Notes: a model not told the origin generated them from the letters alone. A DNA stretch of 64,000 bases from Gemmatimonadales bacterium (GCA_041615815.1 JBFJCP010000015.1:1-64000), one strand, 5' to 3'; counted from the first letter of the stretch, positions 17,168-26,932 are shown. A program made the numbers and translations.

Positions 17168-18831
17168 CGACCGCCCCGCTTGATGGGACGTCCGGCGCGG
17201 ACGGCGGTTGGTTTCCCGTCTCGAAAAGCGAACACGCCATTCACCAACACGTGCACCGTTCCCTCTGCGTATTGATGCGGATCCTCGAACGTTGCCCGAT
17301 CGCGAATCCTTGCCTCGTCGAAGATCGCAATATCCGCGTAGAACCCTTGCTTGATGAGACCACGGCCTGGGATACCCAGAAAGCCGGCTCCCAACGACGT
17401 CATGCCCCGAATGGCGAATGGCAGGCTGATGACGGAATCCTCGTAGACGAACAACCGAAGCTTCCGTGTGAAGGCGCCGTAGGGCCGCGGGTGGACGATC
17501 CCCCTCCCGTCAGCTGGCGGCGTTCGGCCGTCGGTACAAGTCATCATCCAGTCCCGCCGTGCCAGCAGGCGAGTGTTGTCGATGTCATAGAGATCGAGAT
17601 TCATGACCGAAGCGTTGGCGTCCGTCATGATGCGCCGCACGGTCTCGGGAATCGGGAGACTCCAATCCCGAGCCACCTCGGCGAGCGTCTTTCCGTTGAG
17701 GGCGGGACGCTGGTCTGCGAACAAGATCTTCTCGGGACCACCCCGCAGGTCCAGCATCTCCATGGTTTCCCTGTCGAGCCGCGCCACGGTCTGGGGCTCA
17801 CGGAATCGCGCGAGCATCGCCTCCCGACCGCCCGCGGATGCCCAGCGTGGAACGGCGTACGCCCGCAGACTGCTCTGGGTCGCCGTGTAGACATGTTGCG
17901 CCGCCATCACATCGACACCGCGAGCGCGAGCCTCGTCGATCAGCTTCGCACCCACATGCGCCCGCCCATAGTTCCTTCGTCCCTGAGGATTGAAATGACT
18001 GAAGATCAATGGTGTGCCGGCGCGCTCAGCGATCTCGATGGCCTCTTGGACCGATGCGTCATAGCCAATCCCCTGATACGCGGCGCCGAGGTCCCGGTCG
18101 TGCGTGTCATAGATTCCACCATAGGCGGCTGCCACTTTGTTGAGCTCCACCACTTCATCCGTGGTGGCATACGAACCGGGCGCATAGAACAGTCCACTCG
18201 ACAGGCCAAGGGCCCCCGCTTCCATTCCCCTCCCGACGTACGCCTTCATGGCCTCAAGCTCACCCCGTGTGGGGGCACGAGCGTCCATCCCCATCACCGC
18301 GCGGCGGGCCGCATTGTGCCCCACGTAGTGGAGGGCATTGACGGCGATTCCCTCCCGTCGATACGCGGCAAAGATTCCATCGATATCGTTCTCGCCAGCG
18401 CCGTCTACGCCGAGCACGACGGCGGTAATCCCCTGGTACAAGAAGGGGAGCGCCCCCTTGCCGTGTGGTGTGTCCAACTCCGCGTGACTGTGCATGTCCC
18501 AAAAACCCGGCGTCACTAAGAGGCCGGACACATCGAGTGTATCTCGCGCGACGATCCGTCGATCCGTCGCGTCCCCCACGAACGTGATGCGGTCTCCCGT
18601 CACACCGATGTCCCGGATCGACCAAGGGTTTCCGGCGCCGTCCAGCACCCGACCGCCGGTCAACAAGAGATCGACGGCGTCCGACGACGGGTCCTGTCCG
18701 AAGAGACCTTGGGGAACGATCGTGAAAAGCAATACGACGAGCGCTCGCCCGGCGGGCGACCGGCGGGCGGCGCGACCGCCGGTGAGGTGGCGAGCGCTGC
18801 CGAGCGGACGGTGAAGATGGCGGTGGAACAC
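17164..18831 (-). CDS. N-acyl-D-amino-acid deacylase family amidohydrolase
   Basis: PGFWDMHSH, GLSSGLFYAPG, HPRPYG and ADIAIFD motifs; start codon uncertain. Confidence 0.88.
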   Translation of the reverse strand: MFHRHLHRPLGSARHLTGGRAARRSPAGRALVVLLFTIVPQGLFGQDPSSDAVDLLLTGGRVLDGAGNPWSIRDIGVTGDRITFVGDATDRRIVARDTLDVSGLLVTPGFWDMHSHAELDTPHGKGALPFLYQGITAVVLGVDGAGENDIDGIFAAYRREGIAVNALHYVGHNAARRAVMGMDARAPTRGELEAMKAYVGRGMEAGALGLSSGLFYAPGSYATTDEVVELNKVAAAYGGIYDTHDRDLGAAYQGIGYDASVQEAIEIAERAGTPLIFSHFNPQGRRNYGRAHVGAKLIDEARARGVDVMAAQHVYTATQSSLRAYAVPRWASAGGREAMLARFREPQTVARLDRETMEMLDLRGGPEKILFADQRPALNGKTLAEVARDWSLPIPETVRRIMTDANASVMNLDLYDIDNTRLLARRDWMMTCTDGRTPPADGRGIVHPRPYGAFTRKLRLFVYEDSVISLPFAIRGMTSLGAGFLGIPGRGLIKQGFYADIAIFDEARIRDRATFEDPHQYAEGTVHVLVNGVFAFRDGKPTAVRAGRPIKRGGR

Positions 18832-19150
18832 GAGTATGTACCGGCGTCTGGGCCCATACTAGGATAGGGCCCGCCGCTCTCCGTTGCCAGACGGTCGGCG
18901 ACTCCCCAACTATCTTCGCCTCGAGCCATTACGCGTGTCGGAGCCATCTCGCGCGCCGCCCGAGTATTCCGAGAATCGAAATGGGGCGTTCGGCTGACGA
19001 GTTAGAGAGGCTTTGCACGGGTCGGCCCACACGATCCGCCCGGCCCGCCCCAGCTCCCCTCTGAGTTCACGAGCGACACCGACCTCGATCTGCACACGGA
19101 CGGAGCGCTGCGCATACACGAGCGGCCACGCGACGCGTGGGCCACGCCCG

Positions 19151-19795
19151 CTAAGAAGTACCGCCCAGCACTCCGTCCAGCACGGAGCGAACAAAGGAGA
19201 GTTCGTCCCGATTCACGAGATGACCCATCCCGCTGTAGATGCGCTTCGTGACCTCGGCACCCATTCGGGCGAAAACGGCAGCGCTCTCCTCGACCCTGTC
19301 TTTCGGAACGTGCGCATCCACATCGCTGCAACCGAGGAACACGGGGGTCCCCGCAAAATCCCCGCCGTACTCCCACGCCGTGCCCGGGGGACCAATGAGA
19401 CCACCGCTGAGCACGATGACGCCACCGAATCGGCCGGCGTTCCGCGCCGCAAACTCGGCGGTCAGACATGCGCCTTGCGAGAAACCCAGCAGGACGATGT
19501 GCTCCTTCGCAATGCCACGCGCCATCAGAGTGTCGACGAGTCCGGCGAGGACGCCGAGCCCCGAGGTGAGTCCCGGCTCGTTCTGCTCCCGTTGGGCCAT
19601 GAAGCTGTACGGATACCACGTGCTGTTGGCCGCGGCGGGGGCGACGAACGCCAGACCCGGCCGCTCGAAGTGGGGAACGAGATCCAAGATGTTCTGCGGT
19701 CCCGCATTGCGACCATGCACCATGATCATCGCGGCCCGGCTCGCCTCGAACGGCGTGCCCGCAGTGACGACGGGCTGTCCGCCGTGGGGCTTCAC
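19151..19795 (-). CDS. Phospholipase/carboxylesterase (MhqD-like alpha/beta hydrolase)
   Basis: MVHGR, GFSQG nucleophile elbow, DAHVP and MGH; follows a ring-cleaving dioxygenase. Confidence 0.9.
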   Translation of the reverse strand: MKPHGGQPVVTAGTPFEASRAAMIMVHGRNAGPQNILDLVPHFERPGLAFVAPAAANSTWYPYSFMAQREQNEPGLTSGLGVLAGLVDTLMARGIAKEHIVLLGFSQGACLTAEFAARNAGRFGGVIVLSGGLIGPPGTAWEYGGDFAGTPVFLGCSDVDAHVPKDRVEESAAVFARMGAEVTKRIYSGMGHLVNRDELSFVRSVLDGVLGGTS

Positions 19796-19806
19796 GGCGC
19801 GGGTAC

Positions 19807-20751
19807 CTACCGCGTGTCGACCGACGGTAAGCCGGCCTCGATGGCCGGCCGGTGTGGCTCTTCCCAGGGCGGGAGCTTCAAATCTCGGCCAAGACACGGT
19901 AGCTCCTCGTCCACGGTGAAGCCGGGCTGCACCGTCGCGATCTCGAACAAGACCCCGCCGGGAACGCGAAAATAGATGGAGCGGAAGTACTGACGATCCA
20001 TGACCGGAGTCACCTGGAGACCGAGTCCCAGCAGCTCCTGGCGCATGCGTTGTTGCTGGTCGTCGTCGGAAACGGCGAGGGCAACGTGATGAACCGTGCC
20101 GAGCCCGTTGCGAGCGGGCGGCGCTTCGGGATCGTGGAGGATCTCGAGCGTCTGGCCCGGTTCGTCGCTGCCCACGGAGAGGCGGATCCGACCGCTGTCC
20201 TCGTTCACCGTTTCGAACCCCAAGATGTCGGTGAGAAGCTGGAGCGTCTCTGCAGGCGATCGAATGACCATGGTGACGCTGTGGAGCCCTCGAATGGCTA
20301 CTGTGGCATCGACATCGTCCGTCACCCACGGTGTACGTTGGTCCCGGTCACTCGCCACTAGTTCGACGACCAGGCCGGAAGCATCGGCGCAGATGAGCGA
20401 CTCGCTCCCGAATCGTGGTACTGCGTCTTCGACCGGGACCCCACGGTCCTTCAGTCTCCTTCTCCAGAAATCCAAGGATCCGCCCGGCACGGAAAACGCC
20501 GTGACGGTTATCTGACCCGCGCCCTTGGTGCCCACGGGTACGCCGTGTCCTCGATAGGGAAACGTGGTCCAGACGGTGCTCGGCGTGCCCCGCTCGTCCC
20601 CGTAGTAGAAATGATAGACGTGGTGATTGTCGAAGTTGACGGTCTTCTTGACGAGCCGGAGCCCCAGCAAATCGGCGTAGAAGTCGAGATCTTCTTGCGC
20701 ACCGTCCACCGTGGCCGTGACGTGGTGCAGGCTCTTGATCACGTTTTCCAT
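19807..20751 (-). CDS. Ring-cleaving dioxygenase (MhqO/PcpA/LinE-like VOC family)
   Basis: LHHVTA, LVKKTVNFD, VHHVA and DRQYFRSIYF...GGVLFEIAT motifs. Confidence 0.92.
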   Translation of the reverse strand: MENVIKSLHHVTATVDGAQEDLDFYADLLGLRLVKKTVNFDNHHVYHFYYGDERGTPSTVWTTFPYRGHGVPVGTKGAGQITVTAFSVPGGSLDFWRRRLKDRGVPVEDAVPRFGSESLICADASGLVVELVASDRDQRTPWVTDDVDATVAIRGLHSVTMVIRSPAETLQLLTDILGFETVNEDSGRIRLSVGSDEPGQTLEILHDPEAPPARNGLGTVHHVALAVSDDDQQQRMRQELLGLGLQVTPVMDRQYFRSIYFRVPGGVLFEIATVQPGFTVDEELPCLGRDLKLPPWEEPHRPAIEAGLPSVDTR

Positions 20752-20812
20752 CGCGTCACGCCTCGTACCTTGCCAGATGCCACCCGAATGCGGAGCGTGG
20801 CTCCGCGCTGCC

Positions 20813-22390
20813 TCACTCTCCGAACGACAGTCCCTGCGCCAAAGGCAGGTCCGTGCTCCAATTGACCGTATTGGTCTGGCGCCGCATGTACACCTTCCAG
20901 GCGTCGGACCCCGATTCGCGCCCGCCACCCGTCTCCTTTTCACCACCAAACGCGCCACCAATCTCGGCACCGCTCGTACCGATGTTCACGTTGGCGATCC
21001 CGCAATCGCTACCGCGGTGCGACAAGAAATACTCGGCCTCACGAAGGTTCTCCGTGAAGATCGCCGACGACAGCCCCTGAGGAACGCCGTTGTGCAACGC
21101 CACCGCCTGTTCGATCTCCGCAACGGCCGCTCGAGCCGTTGACTTCTTCGAGCCGTAGCCGATGATGTAGAGGATGGGTGCGAAGGTCTCCTCCTGCACG
21201 ATGGCAAACTCGTTCCGGGCGGCTGCGATGCAAGGCGTGACGTAGTGACCGCCCGGGTATGCCGGCCCATCGAGCAGCTCTCCACCATACGCGATCTCAC
21301 CGCCCTCCTGCTCGATGCGCTCGATGGCCTTCTGCATGTCCTCCACCGCCTGATGCGTGACCAACGGACCCATGAGCGTCTCGTCTTTGCGAGGATCCCC
21401 AATCGTGATCGTCTCGTAGGCAGTCACGAGCCGGCGCACCAGCTCGTCTCGAATGGACTCGTGAACGATGATCCGACGCGTGCTCGTGCAACGTTGCCCC
21501 GCCGTGCCGACGGCGCCGAACAGAATGGCCCGAAGCGCCAGATCGAGATTCGCACTCGGCGTCACGATGATGGCGTTGTTGCCGCCGAGCTCCAGGATCG
21601 TGCGACCCAATCGCTTTCCCACGACTTGGGCCACCCGGTAGCCCATCGCGCAGCTGCCGGTTGCGGAGACCAGAGGCACACGCCGATCGTGCAGCAGGCG
21701 GTCACCCACCGTCGAGCCCTTGCCAACTACGAGAGAGAAGATCGCCGGATCCACATCATTCTCACGGCACACCTGCTCGGCGATCTTGGTGCAGGCGATC
21801 GCCGTGAGCGGAGTACCACTCGCCGGCTTCCACAAGACGCTGTCGCCACACACCGAAGCAATGGCTGCATTCCAGCTCCACACGGCCACCGGAAAGTTGA
21901 ACGCACTGATCACACCAACCACGCCAAGCGGGTGCCACTGCTCGTACATGCGATGGTCAGGCCGCTCCGAATGCATGGTCAGCCCGTAGAGTTGCCGTGA
22001 CAACCCCGTCGCGAAGTCACAGATGTCGATCATCTCCTGGACCTCGCCCTCACCCTCCGCCAAGATCTTTCCCATCTCGAGCGTCACCAGGGCACCGAGC
22101 TCGCGTTTGACCTCGCGAAGCCGATTCCCGAGCTGACGGACGAGGTCCCCGCGCTTGGGGGCCGGGACGCGACGCCACGAGAGAAACGCCTCGTGGGCAC
22201 GATCCACGATGGCGTCGTATTCCTCCTCGGTGACCTGCTGCACGGTGGCGATTCGGGATCCATCGATGGGCGTGATCACTTCGAGCGCCGGTCCAGAGCC
22301 GATCCAGTCGCCGCCAAACCCACCGGAATTCACGTCTGCGATGCCGAGGGTCTTGAGAAAACCGCTGGTTGGGACTGCTGTGGTGGCCAT
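20813..22390 (-). CDS. Aldehyde dehydrogenase family 7 (antiquitin / piperideine-6-carboxylate dehydrogenase-like)
   Basis: LELGGNNA, GTAGQRCT, EETFAPILY and GGEKETGGGRESGSDAWK motifs. Confidence 0.93.
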   Translation of the reverse strand: MATTAVPTSGFLKTLGIADVNSGGFGGDWIGSGPALEVITPIDGSRIATVQQVTEEEYDAIVDRAHEAFLSWRRVPAPKRGDLVRQLGNRLREVKRELGALVTLEMGKILAEGEGEVQEMIDICDFATGLSRQLYGLTMHSERPDHRMYEQWHPLGVVGVISAFNFPVAVWSWNAAIASVCGDSVLWKPASGTPLTAIACTKIAEQVCRENDVDPAIFSLVVGKGSTVGDRLLHDRRVPLVSATGSCAMGYRVAQVVGKRLGRTILELGGNNAIIVTPSANLDLALRAILFGAVGTAGQRCTSTRRIIVHESIRDELVRRLVTAYETITIGDPRKDETLMGPLVTHQAVEDMQKAIERIEQEGGEIAYGGELLDGPAYPGGHYVTPCIAAARNEFAIVQEETFAPILYIIGYGSKKSTARAAVAEIEQAVALHNGVPQGLSSAIFTENLREAEYFLSHRGSDCGIANVNIGTSGAEIGGAFGGEKETGGGRESGSDAWKVYMRRQTNTVNWSTDLPLAQGLSFGE

Positions 22391-22560
22391 GGTGTTCCTT
22401 CTGACTTTCAGGATGTCTCTTCACCCTTGGGGGTCTGGATTTGCGCTGCCCGACCACGGATTGTACCCGATTTCCATGCGCCGGGCCACGGGGCTGATTC
22501 GCCGCTAGCACTCCCGTAGCGAGCACTGCAACTTGGACACGACCCTGCGAGGAGACCGTC

Positions 22561-24177
22561 TTGCCTCGGTGTGCGCGCCCGTGGTCGTGCATCGCATCCC
22601 TGCTCCGTGCCGCACTTGCGGCGCTCGTACTGGCGGCCTGTGACTCCCAACAGCCGTCCGCCACGGGGACCGCGCAACAACGCGCGGCGCTGTTCGACTA
22701 TATCATCGATCGCACGGCGGAACGGGAAGCCTTCTCGCCCGTCAAGAACCGCGTGCTCGGTTTTGATCCCCTGGACGCCATGCGGGCACATCGCGGCGAT
22801 GTCGTGTCCGCCACCTCCGCGGCGGAGCTCTTCTATGCGCTGGTGCGCACCAGCAACGCCCGACGGGACCGCCACCTCAGCGTGGCGCTGGTACCCGGTG
22901 GGCTCCAGCTGGCCGATTCGACCGGACTCGAGGTCCTGGGCTCCGACGCCGTCGTGCCCACCCGCCACGCGCCCGTCAAATTCCTTCCGGATTACACCGA
23001 CGGAAGCGGGTACGACATCTTCGTCTCCGATGTCGCGAGGGATTGGTCCGATCGCATCCGGCTGGGCGACCGCCTGCTCGCCGTGAACGGCGAAACGGTG
23101 GCGCAGTTTCGCGAGCGGGTCGAGCCGTACCTCCGCTACTCGTCGATTCCCAATTTGTCCTGGAACTTCGCCGCGCAGATCCCTCAGCGATCTGCCGTGT
23201 TGCCGACGGCGTTGTACCGGGATCGCCTCCACGTGGAACTCGAGCACGGGAAGGAGCGATATGCCGTATCGCTCCCATACTTACCGGCCGATTCCCTCGC
23301 CTGGACGGACACCGCCGAGCCCACGTACGACGGTTTTGCGCTGACGCTCCAGACCGGGACGTATGACCTGCACGTGTCCGAGCGTGGGCTCCCAGTGATC
23401 GTGCTTCGGTGGCACGGATTCCGGGCGAGCCTCGTGGAGGACGTCGATAGTCTCATGGCGATAGCGGTACGACGGCGCTGGCTGGACCACGCGGTGATCG
23501 TCGATGCCACCAGAAGTCGAGGAGGATCAAAGGGCGCCTACGCCGTCCAACGATTGGTGTCACGGCCCTTCAAGACCACCTTTGGCAACCTGCGCATGAG
23601 CGACGTCATTCCGCCGTTCATAGCGGCCAAGCGGGCCGAGTACGAGGCGGGTCGGATCACGGACGGTGACGTTCGCGAAACCCTCGACGACGGGCGATGG
23701 CTGCTCGATTGGCTCGAGACGGACGTCGTGGCCGCCTATGAAGGCGGTGCCGCGTATTCCAATGACGTCCCCTTCAAACTCGCCCACGCTCCCCGTACGT
23801 CGGACGGCATTCTCAAGCCGGCACCCGTGCACTTCCGCGGCCCCCTCATCGTCTTCTCCGGACCGCGTGGCGGATCGCATCTCGATCAATTCGTTGCCAT
23901 CATCGTCGACAACGACCTTGGGCACGTGATCGGGATACCCGCAGGCGGCTACAGCAATACCTGGGAATGGGAGGAAACGCTCGTCTACCCCGGGACGGAG
24001 CAGCCGGTCGTGCAATTCATGTGGTCAATCGGGCACACCATTCGGCCGAATGGTGAGATCCTGGAGGGCAACCCGGCCCCAGTGCAGGAGCCGGTGCCTC
24101 TGACCCGCGCGAACTTTCAGGAGTACTACGACCTCCTGATGCAGCGCGCACTCACCAAGCTCGGACTCGAAATGTGA
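22561..24177 (+). CDS. Lipoprotein, divergent S41-peptidase-like with PDZ-like segment
   Basis: LAAC lipobox; RRDRHL; GDRLLAVNG (PDZ-like); VIVDATRSRGG; GGSHLDQF; VIGIPAGG; ILEG. Confidence 0.6.
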   Translation: MPRCARPWSCIASLLRAALAALVLAACDSQQPSATGTAQQRAALFDYIIDRTAEREAFSPVKNRVLGFDPLDAMRAHRGDVVSATSAAELFYALVRTSNARRDRHLSVALVPGGLQLADSTGLEVLGSDAVVPTRHAPVKFLPDYTDGSGYDIFVSDVARDWSDRIRLGDRLLAVNGETVAQFRERVEPYLRYSSIPNLSWNFAAQIPQRSAVLPTALYRDRLHVELEHGKERYAVSLPYLPADSLAWTDTAEPTYDGFALTLQTGTYDLHVSERGLPVIVLRWHGFRASLVEDVDSLMAIAVRRRWLDHAVIVDATRSRGGSKGAYAVQRLVSRPFKTTFGNLRMSDVIPPFIAAKRAEYEAGRITDGDVRETLDDGRWLLDWLETDVVAAYEGGAAYSNDVPFKLAHAPRTSDGILKPAPVHFRGPLIVFSGPRGGSHLDQFVAIIVDNDLGHVIGIPAGGYSNTWEWEETLVYPGTEQPVVQFMWSIGHTIRPNGEILEGNPAPVQEPVPLTRANFQEYYDLLMQRALTKLGLEM

Positions 24178-24187
24178 GAGCCAGGAC

Positions 24188-25297
24188 CTAGGCCGCTTCG
24201 CGATTGACCGCGCGGCCGTTTCGCGCAAAGTACCCTCTGGCCACACGCCACGCGGCCGCGACCGGCCGACTCGGTGATGCCAACAACTCGCCGAGCATGG
24301 CATTGGTGAGCCAGGGCGGCGCGAGCGAACGCTCGGCAGGTGATCGCTGCATCACGCGGCGTCCTACACGATCGAGAATCCTATGGCCCACTCGAGGCCG
24401 CAGCCGATCCTCGAGCGTGGCCAGCACCGTCTCGGGACATGCAGCCCCCACCAGTGCGTGGGCCCACGCCAGTGCGAAAAAGACGTGCTGGGACGCACCA
24501 GCCGCCGTCGCAACGCTCACCAGACGATTCCAGTCCAGCTCCTCACCAAATCGATCGATGACGGCAGCGATGTCACACAGAGTGCGCAGTCCGCCCACGA
24601 ACTCTCGAGAGAGGGCATGGTGGGTGCAGACGTGAAACAAGAGATCTTCCGGTGCGAAGACGAACGCCTGCGTGGACCCGATCTGGGTCGGACGGACCCT
24701 CGCCCATAGCTCGTCCACCGCCAACTCGACGCGAGTGGCTGGCGGTACGATGTGGCGATGTAACTCGATGACGACGCTTCCATCCGGAGAAACCAGGGGC
24801 GCTAGGTGGTGTGAATGCATCCGGTACCACGCGGCGCGCCGGTACCACTCCAGAGGACGGTAACCGCGAACTTCGAGGATCGCATTGGCCCGCTCCACGT
24901 CCCGCGTATGGAGAAGCAAGTCCAAGTCTTCCATGGGGCGTAACGCGATGTCCCCGTACACAGGCTCCGCCAACGCTGCGCCCTTGAGGACCACCGCATC
25001 GATACCTGCGTCGGCCAACCTCACGAGCGTGTGCTCGAGCTGGTTGTACAACCTGGCGTTCCGACTGCCGACCTCGTAGTAGCGCTCCATGAGAAACCGC
25101 AACGCCATTTCGGGAATGTCTTCGGAGCCCGCAAGGCGCCGGATCCGCGCGTAAAGCATCGGTCCAAGCCCCAGATCGTCCGCCCGAAGACAGAGTTCCG
25201 ACCACCGGAGCGGGCCATTGACGAGTCTGCGGAGCAGGCCGTGATCGGGGTGGGCCCGGCACGCAGTCAGGAGGAGCTGGGCTTCCAGACGTCTCAC
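24188..25297 (-). CDS. Nucleotidyltransferase (NTP_transf_5-type, as in lasso-peptide clusters)
   Basis: VVLKGAAL...Y...RPMEDLDLL, IELH and LCDIA motifs; GTG overlaps the kinase stop (GTGA). Confidence 0.88.
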   Translation of the reverse strand: MRRLEAQLLLTACRAHPDHGLLRRLVNGPLRWSELCLRADDLGLGPMLYARIRRLAGSEDIPEMALRFLMERYYEVGSRNARLYNQLEHTLVRLADAGIDAVVLKGAALAEPVYGDIALRPMEDLDLLLHTRDVERANAILEVRGYRPLEWYRRAAWYRMHSHHLAPLVSPDGSVVIELHRHIVPPATRVELAVDELWARVRPTQIGSTQAFVFAPEDLLFHVCTHHALSREFVGGLRTLCDIAAVIDRFGEELDWNRLVSVATAAGASQHVFFALAWAHALVGAACPETVLATLEDRLRPRVGHRILDRVGRRVMQRSPAERSLAPPWLTNAMLGELLASPSRPVAAAWRVARGYFARNGRAVNREAA

Positions 25298-26127
25298 GCC
25301 CGTACCCTCCCCCGCTCCACCTTCAAGGCGTCCGCCACACAACGTCCGCCGATCACCCCATCGCTATACGTGATCCGATACGCCGGCACTCGCACCGCGA
25401 GTTCGCTCACATGCTGCAAGGCGTGCTCCTGGTGCTCGTGAAAATTCCAGCAGCTCGCAAGAAGCTCGAGGGCGGCAGGTGCCGGAGTCAGACCCACCAC
25501 GGCGTCGTCCGCGCCCGGCTGATAGTGGGGGAACACAATCGCGGCGATGGGCCGGGGACTTCGGACGATCCGAGTCCCCGGAAGACGAACATCACGTTTC
25601 CGTGTGGTCCACAGCCACTCTTGCGGCATTTCGGTGCCCGGATGGGTGCGTACCGCCGGCGTCTGAGGAAACGGGAACACCTGCCCCGAGCTGGGATCGA
25701 CCGGCAAGACGTCGTCGGACAGGTAGCCCCATCCATCGGCACAGAGCGTGGTGACGAGCGTGCTCTTTCCACGGCCTCGCTCGCCGGGAAACACCACCGC
25801 GTCTCCGTCCTTCCCGGCGGCGGCGGCTCCCCCGTGGAACCAGATCAAATCGGGCCGAGCATCGAGGAACAAACGGATGGTGGAATAACGAATGCAACGA
25901 AGCATCGCGGACACCGAACGGTCGCCCGGGGAGCTGTCGGGACTCCCGTGCATCAGGTAGCCGGCACCGTGCGGAACCACGACGAGCTCGCCCAAGAGAT
26001 GCCGAGCCGGCGGGCCGAGCATCCACCGGAAAATGTCACGGGTACCGGCGACGATCGCCCGCGCCTGGGAGGTGACGGCGACGCTCTGATCGCCAAACGA
26101 AACGTACAGGGTCTCAGCGACGTTCAA
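25294..26127 (-). CDS. HPr-kinase-like peptide kinase
   Basis: WFHGG; P-loop GERGRGKST; YLSDD; TTG overlaps the PqqD stop (TTGA). Confidence 0.82.
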   Translation of the reverse strand: MNVAETLYVSFGDQSVAVTSQARAIVAGTRDIFRWMLGPPARHLLGELVVVPHGAGYLMHGSPDSSPGDRSVSAMLRCIRYSTIRLFLDARPDLIWFHGGAAAAGKDGDAVVFPGERGRGKSTLVTTLCADGWGYLSDDVLPVDPSSGQVFPFPQTPAVRTHPGTEMPQEWLWTTRKRDVRLPGTRIVRSPRPIAAIVFPHYQPGADDAVVGLTPAPAALELLASCWNFHEHQEHALQHVSELAVRVPAYRITYSDGVIGGRCVADALKVERGRVRA

Positions 26128-26435
26128 GAGGCGTGCAGCAGCCCGAGGGCTGTGAGTTGGGAGATCCCATGCTTCACGTCCGCCAGCAGTTCGGCGGCGG
26201 GTCGATCGACCCACCGACCGAGTTCCTCGGCAATTTGCCAGACGCTGCGCGAGCCGTCGCTCAGCTCCCAAATCGCCATGGCTGGCGCGTTGACTGCATG
26301 CGCCGTTTGCGATGCCGGCGCATAGAGAAGGGTCTCATCACCCAGCCGATAGGCTCGGACCCCTCGGGAACGCGTTGGACGCACGTGATCGGAGAGGACC
26401 ATGCGACTTGAGCGCGTGGCCGAGTCACGGGACAC
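26124..26435 (-). CDS. PqqD-family RiPP recognition element (RRE)
   Basis: ETLLY...AHAVNAPAMAIWELSDGSRSVWQIAEEL...DV...L...GLL is the typical PqqD pattern. Confidence 0.88.
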   Translation of the reverse strand: MSRDSATRSSRMVLSDHVRPTRSRGVRAYRLGDETLLYAPASQTAHAVNAPAMAIWELSDGSRSVWQIAEELGRWVDRPAAELLADVKHGISQLTALGLLHAS

Positions 26436-26481
26436 GGTTCGATTCCTCGATGTGTGCGGTTGCGCTGGTGACTGTGCCGAT

Positions 26482-26513
26482 CGCGTCAGGGCCGCGGGAC
26501 GGCCCGCGACGCG
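26482..26513 (-). terminator. GC-rich hairpin directly after the precursor stop (mRNA stabiliser or partial terminator)
   Basis: CGCGTC/GACGCG plus GGGCCG/CGGCCC stems; no U-tract. Confidence 0.5.
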
Positions 26514-26690
26514 TCAGAGGATTGGGCCGCCGTTCCCGCCGTTGTTCGCGTACTGCGCGAACGCCCTGGTGGGCAATGCGACGGATGCGAGGACCACAGG
26601 GAGCGCCCACCCGGCTCGGATGAGTGCGCGCCTGCTCACGGCTTTGGGATCCCGCTCCGGATCGTCAGGACGGGGGAGCGTTTCCGACAT
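26514..26690 (-). CDS. Putative RiPP precursor peptide with twin-arginine-like leader (58 aa)
   Basis: GGAGG RBS; SRRALIR, WALPVV and AFA-QYANNGGNGGPIL; first gene of the RRE-kinase-NTase operon. Confidence 0.72.
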   Translation of the reverse strand: MSETLPRPDDPERDPKAVSRRALIRAGWALPVVLASVALPTRAFAQYANNGGNGGPIL

Positions 26691-26932
26691 CAAGCCCTCC
26701 TGGCTGAGGTCTTCCGGGCTGGAGCGCCGCAAGAACTGCACCCCCGATAGGCACTACGTAACCGCTTTATCCTGCACCAATTAGCGCTTCGGTGAGCGAC
26801 CCCAAAACGGCAGTACCCGCGCAACACGGGCCGAGCCGGCTCGGCACCTAAGGCCGGTGTCGTGACGGTGAGCTACCCGGAGCGCCGCGCCCGCACCACT
26901 CGGAGATCGCTGGCGCGCCCTCGACAACCCCC

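Noticed and set aside
22505..22531. CIRCE element (CTAGCACTC...)
   Set aside because: Only the left arm matches; the right arm is not GAGTGCTAA, and no chaperone gene is adjacent.
24188..26690. Lasso peptide cluster
   Set aside because: No cyclase or B2 peptidase in the window and no Asp/Glu acceptor in the core.
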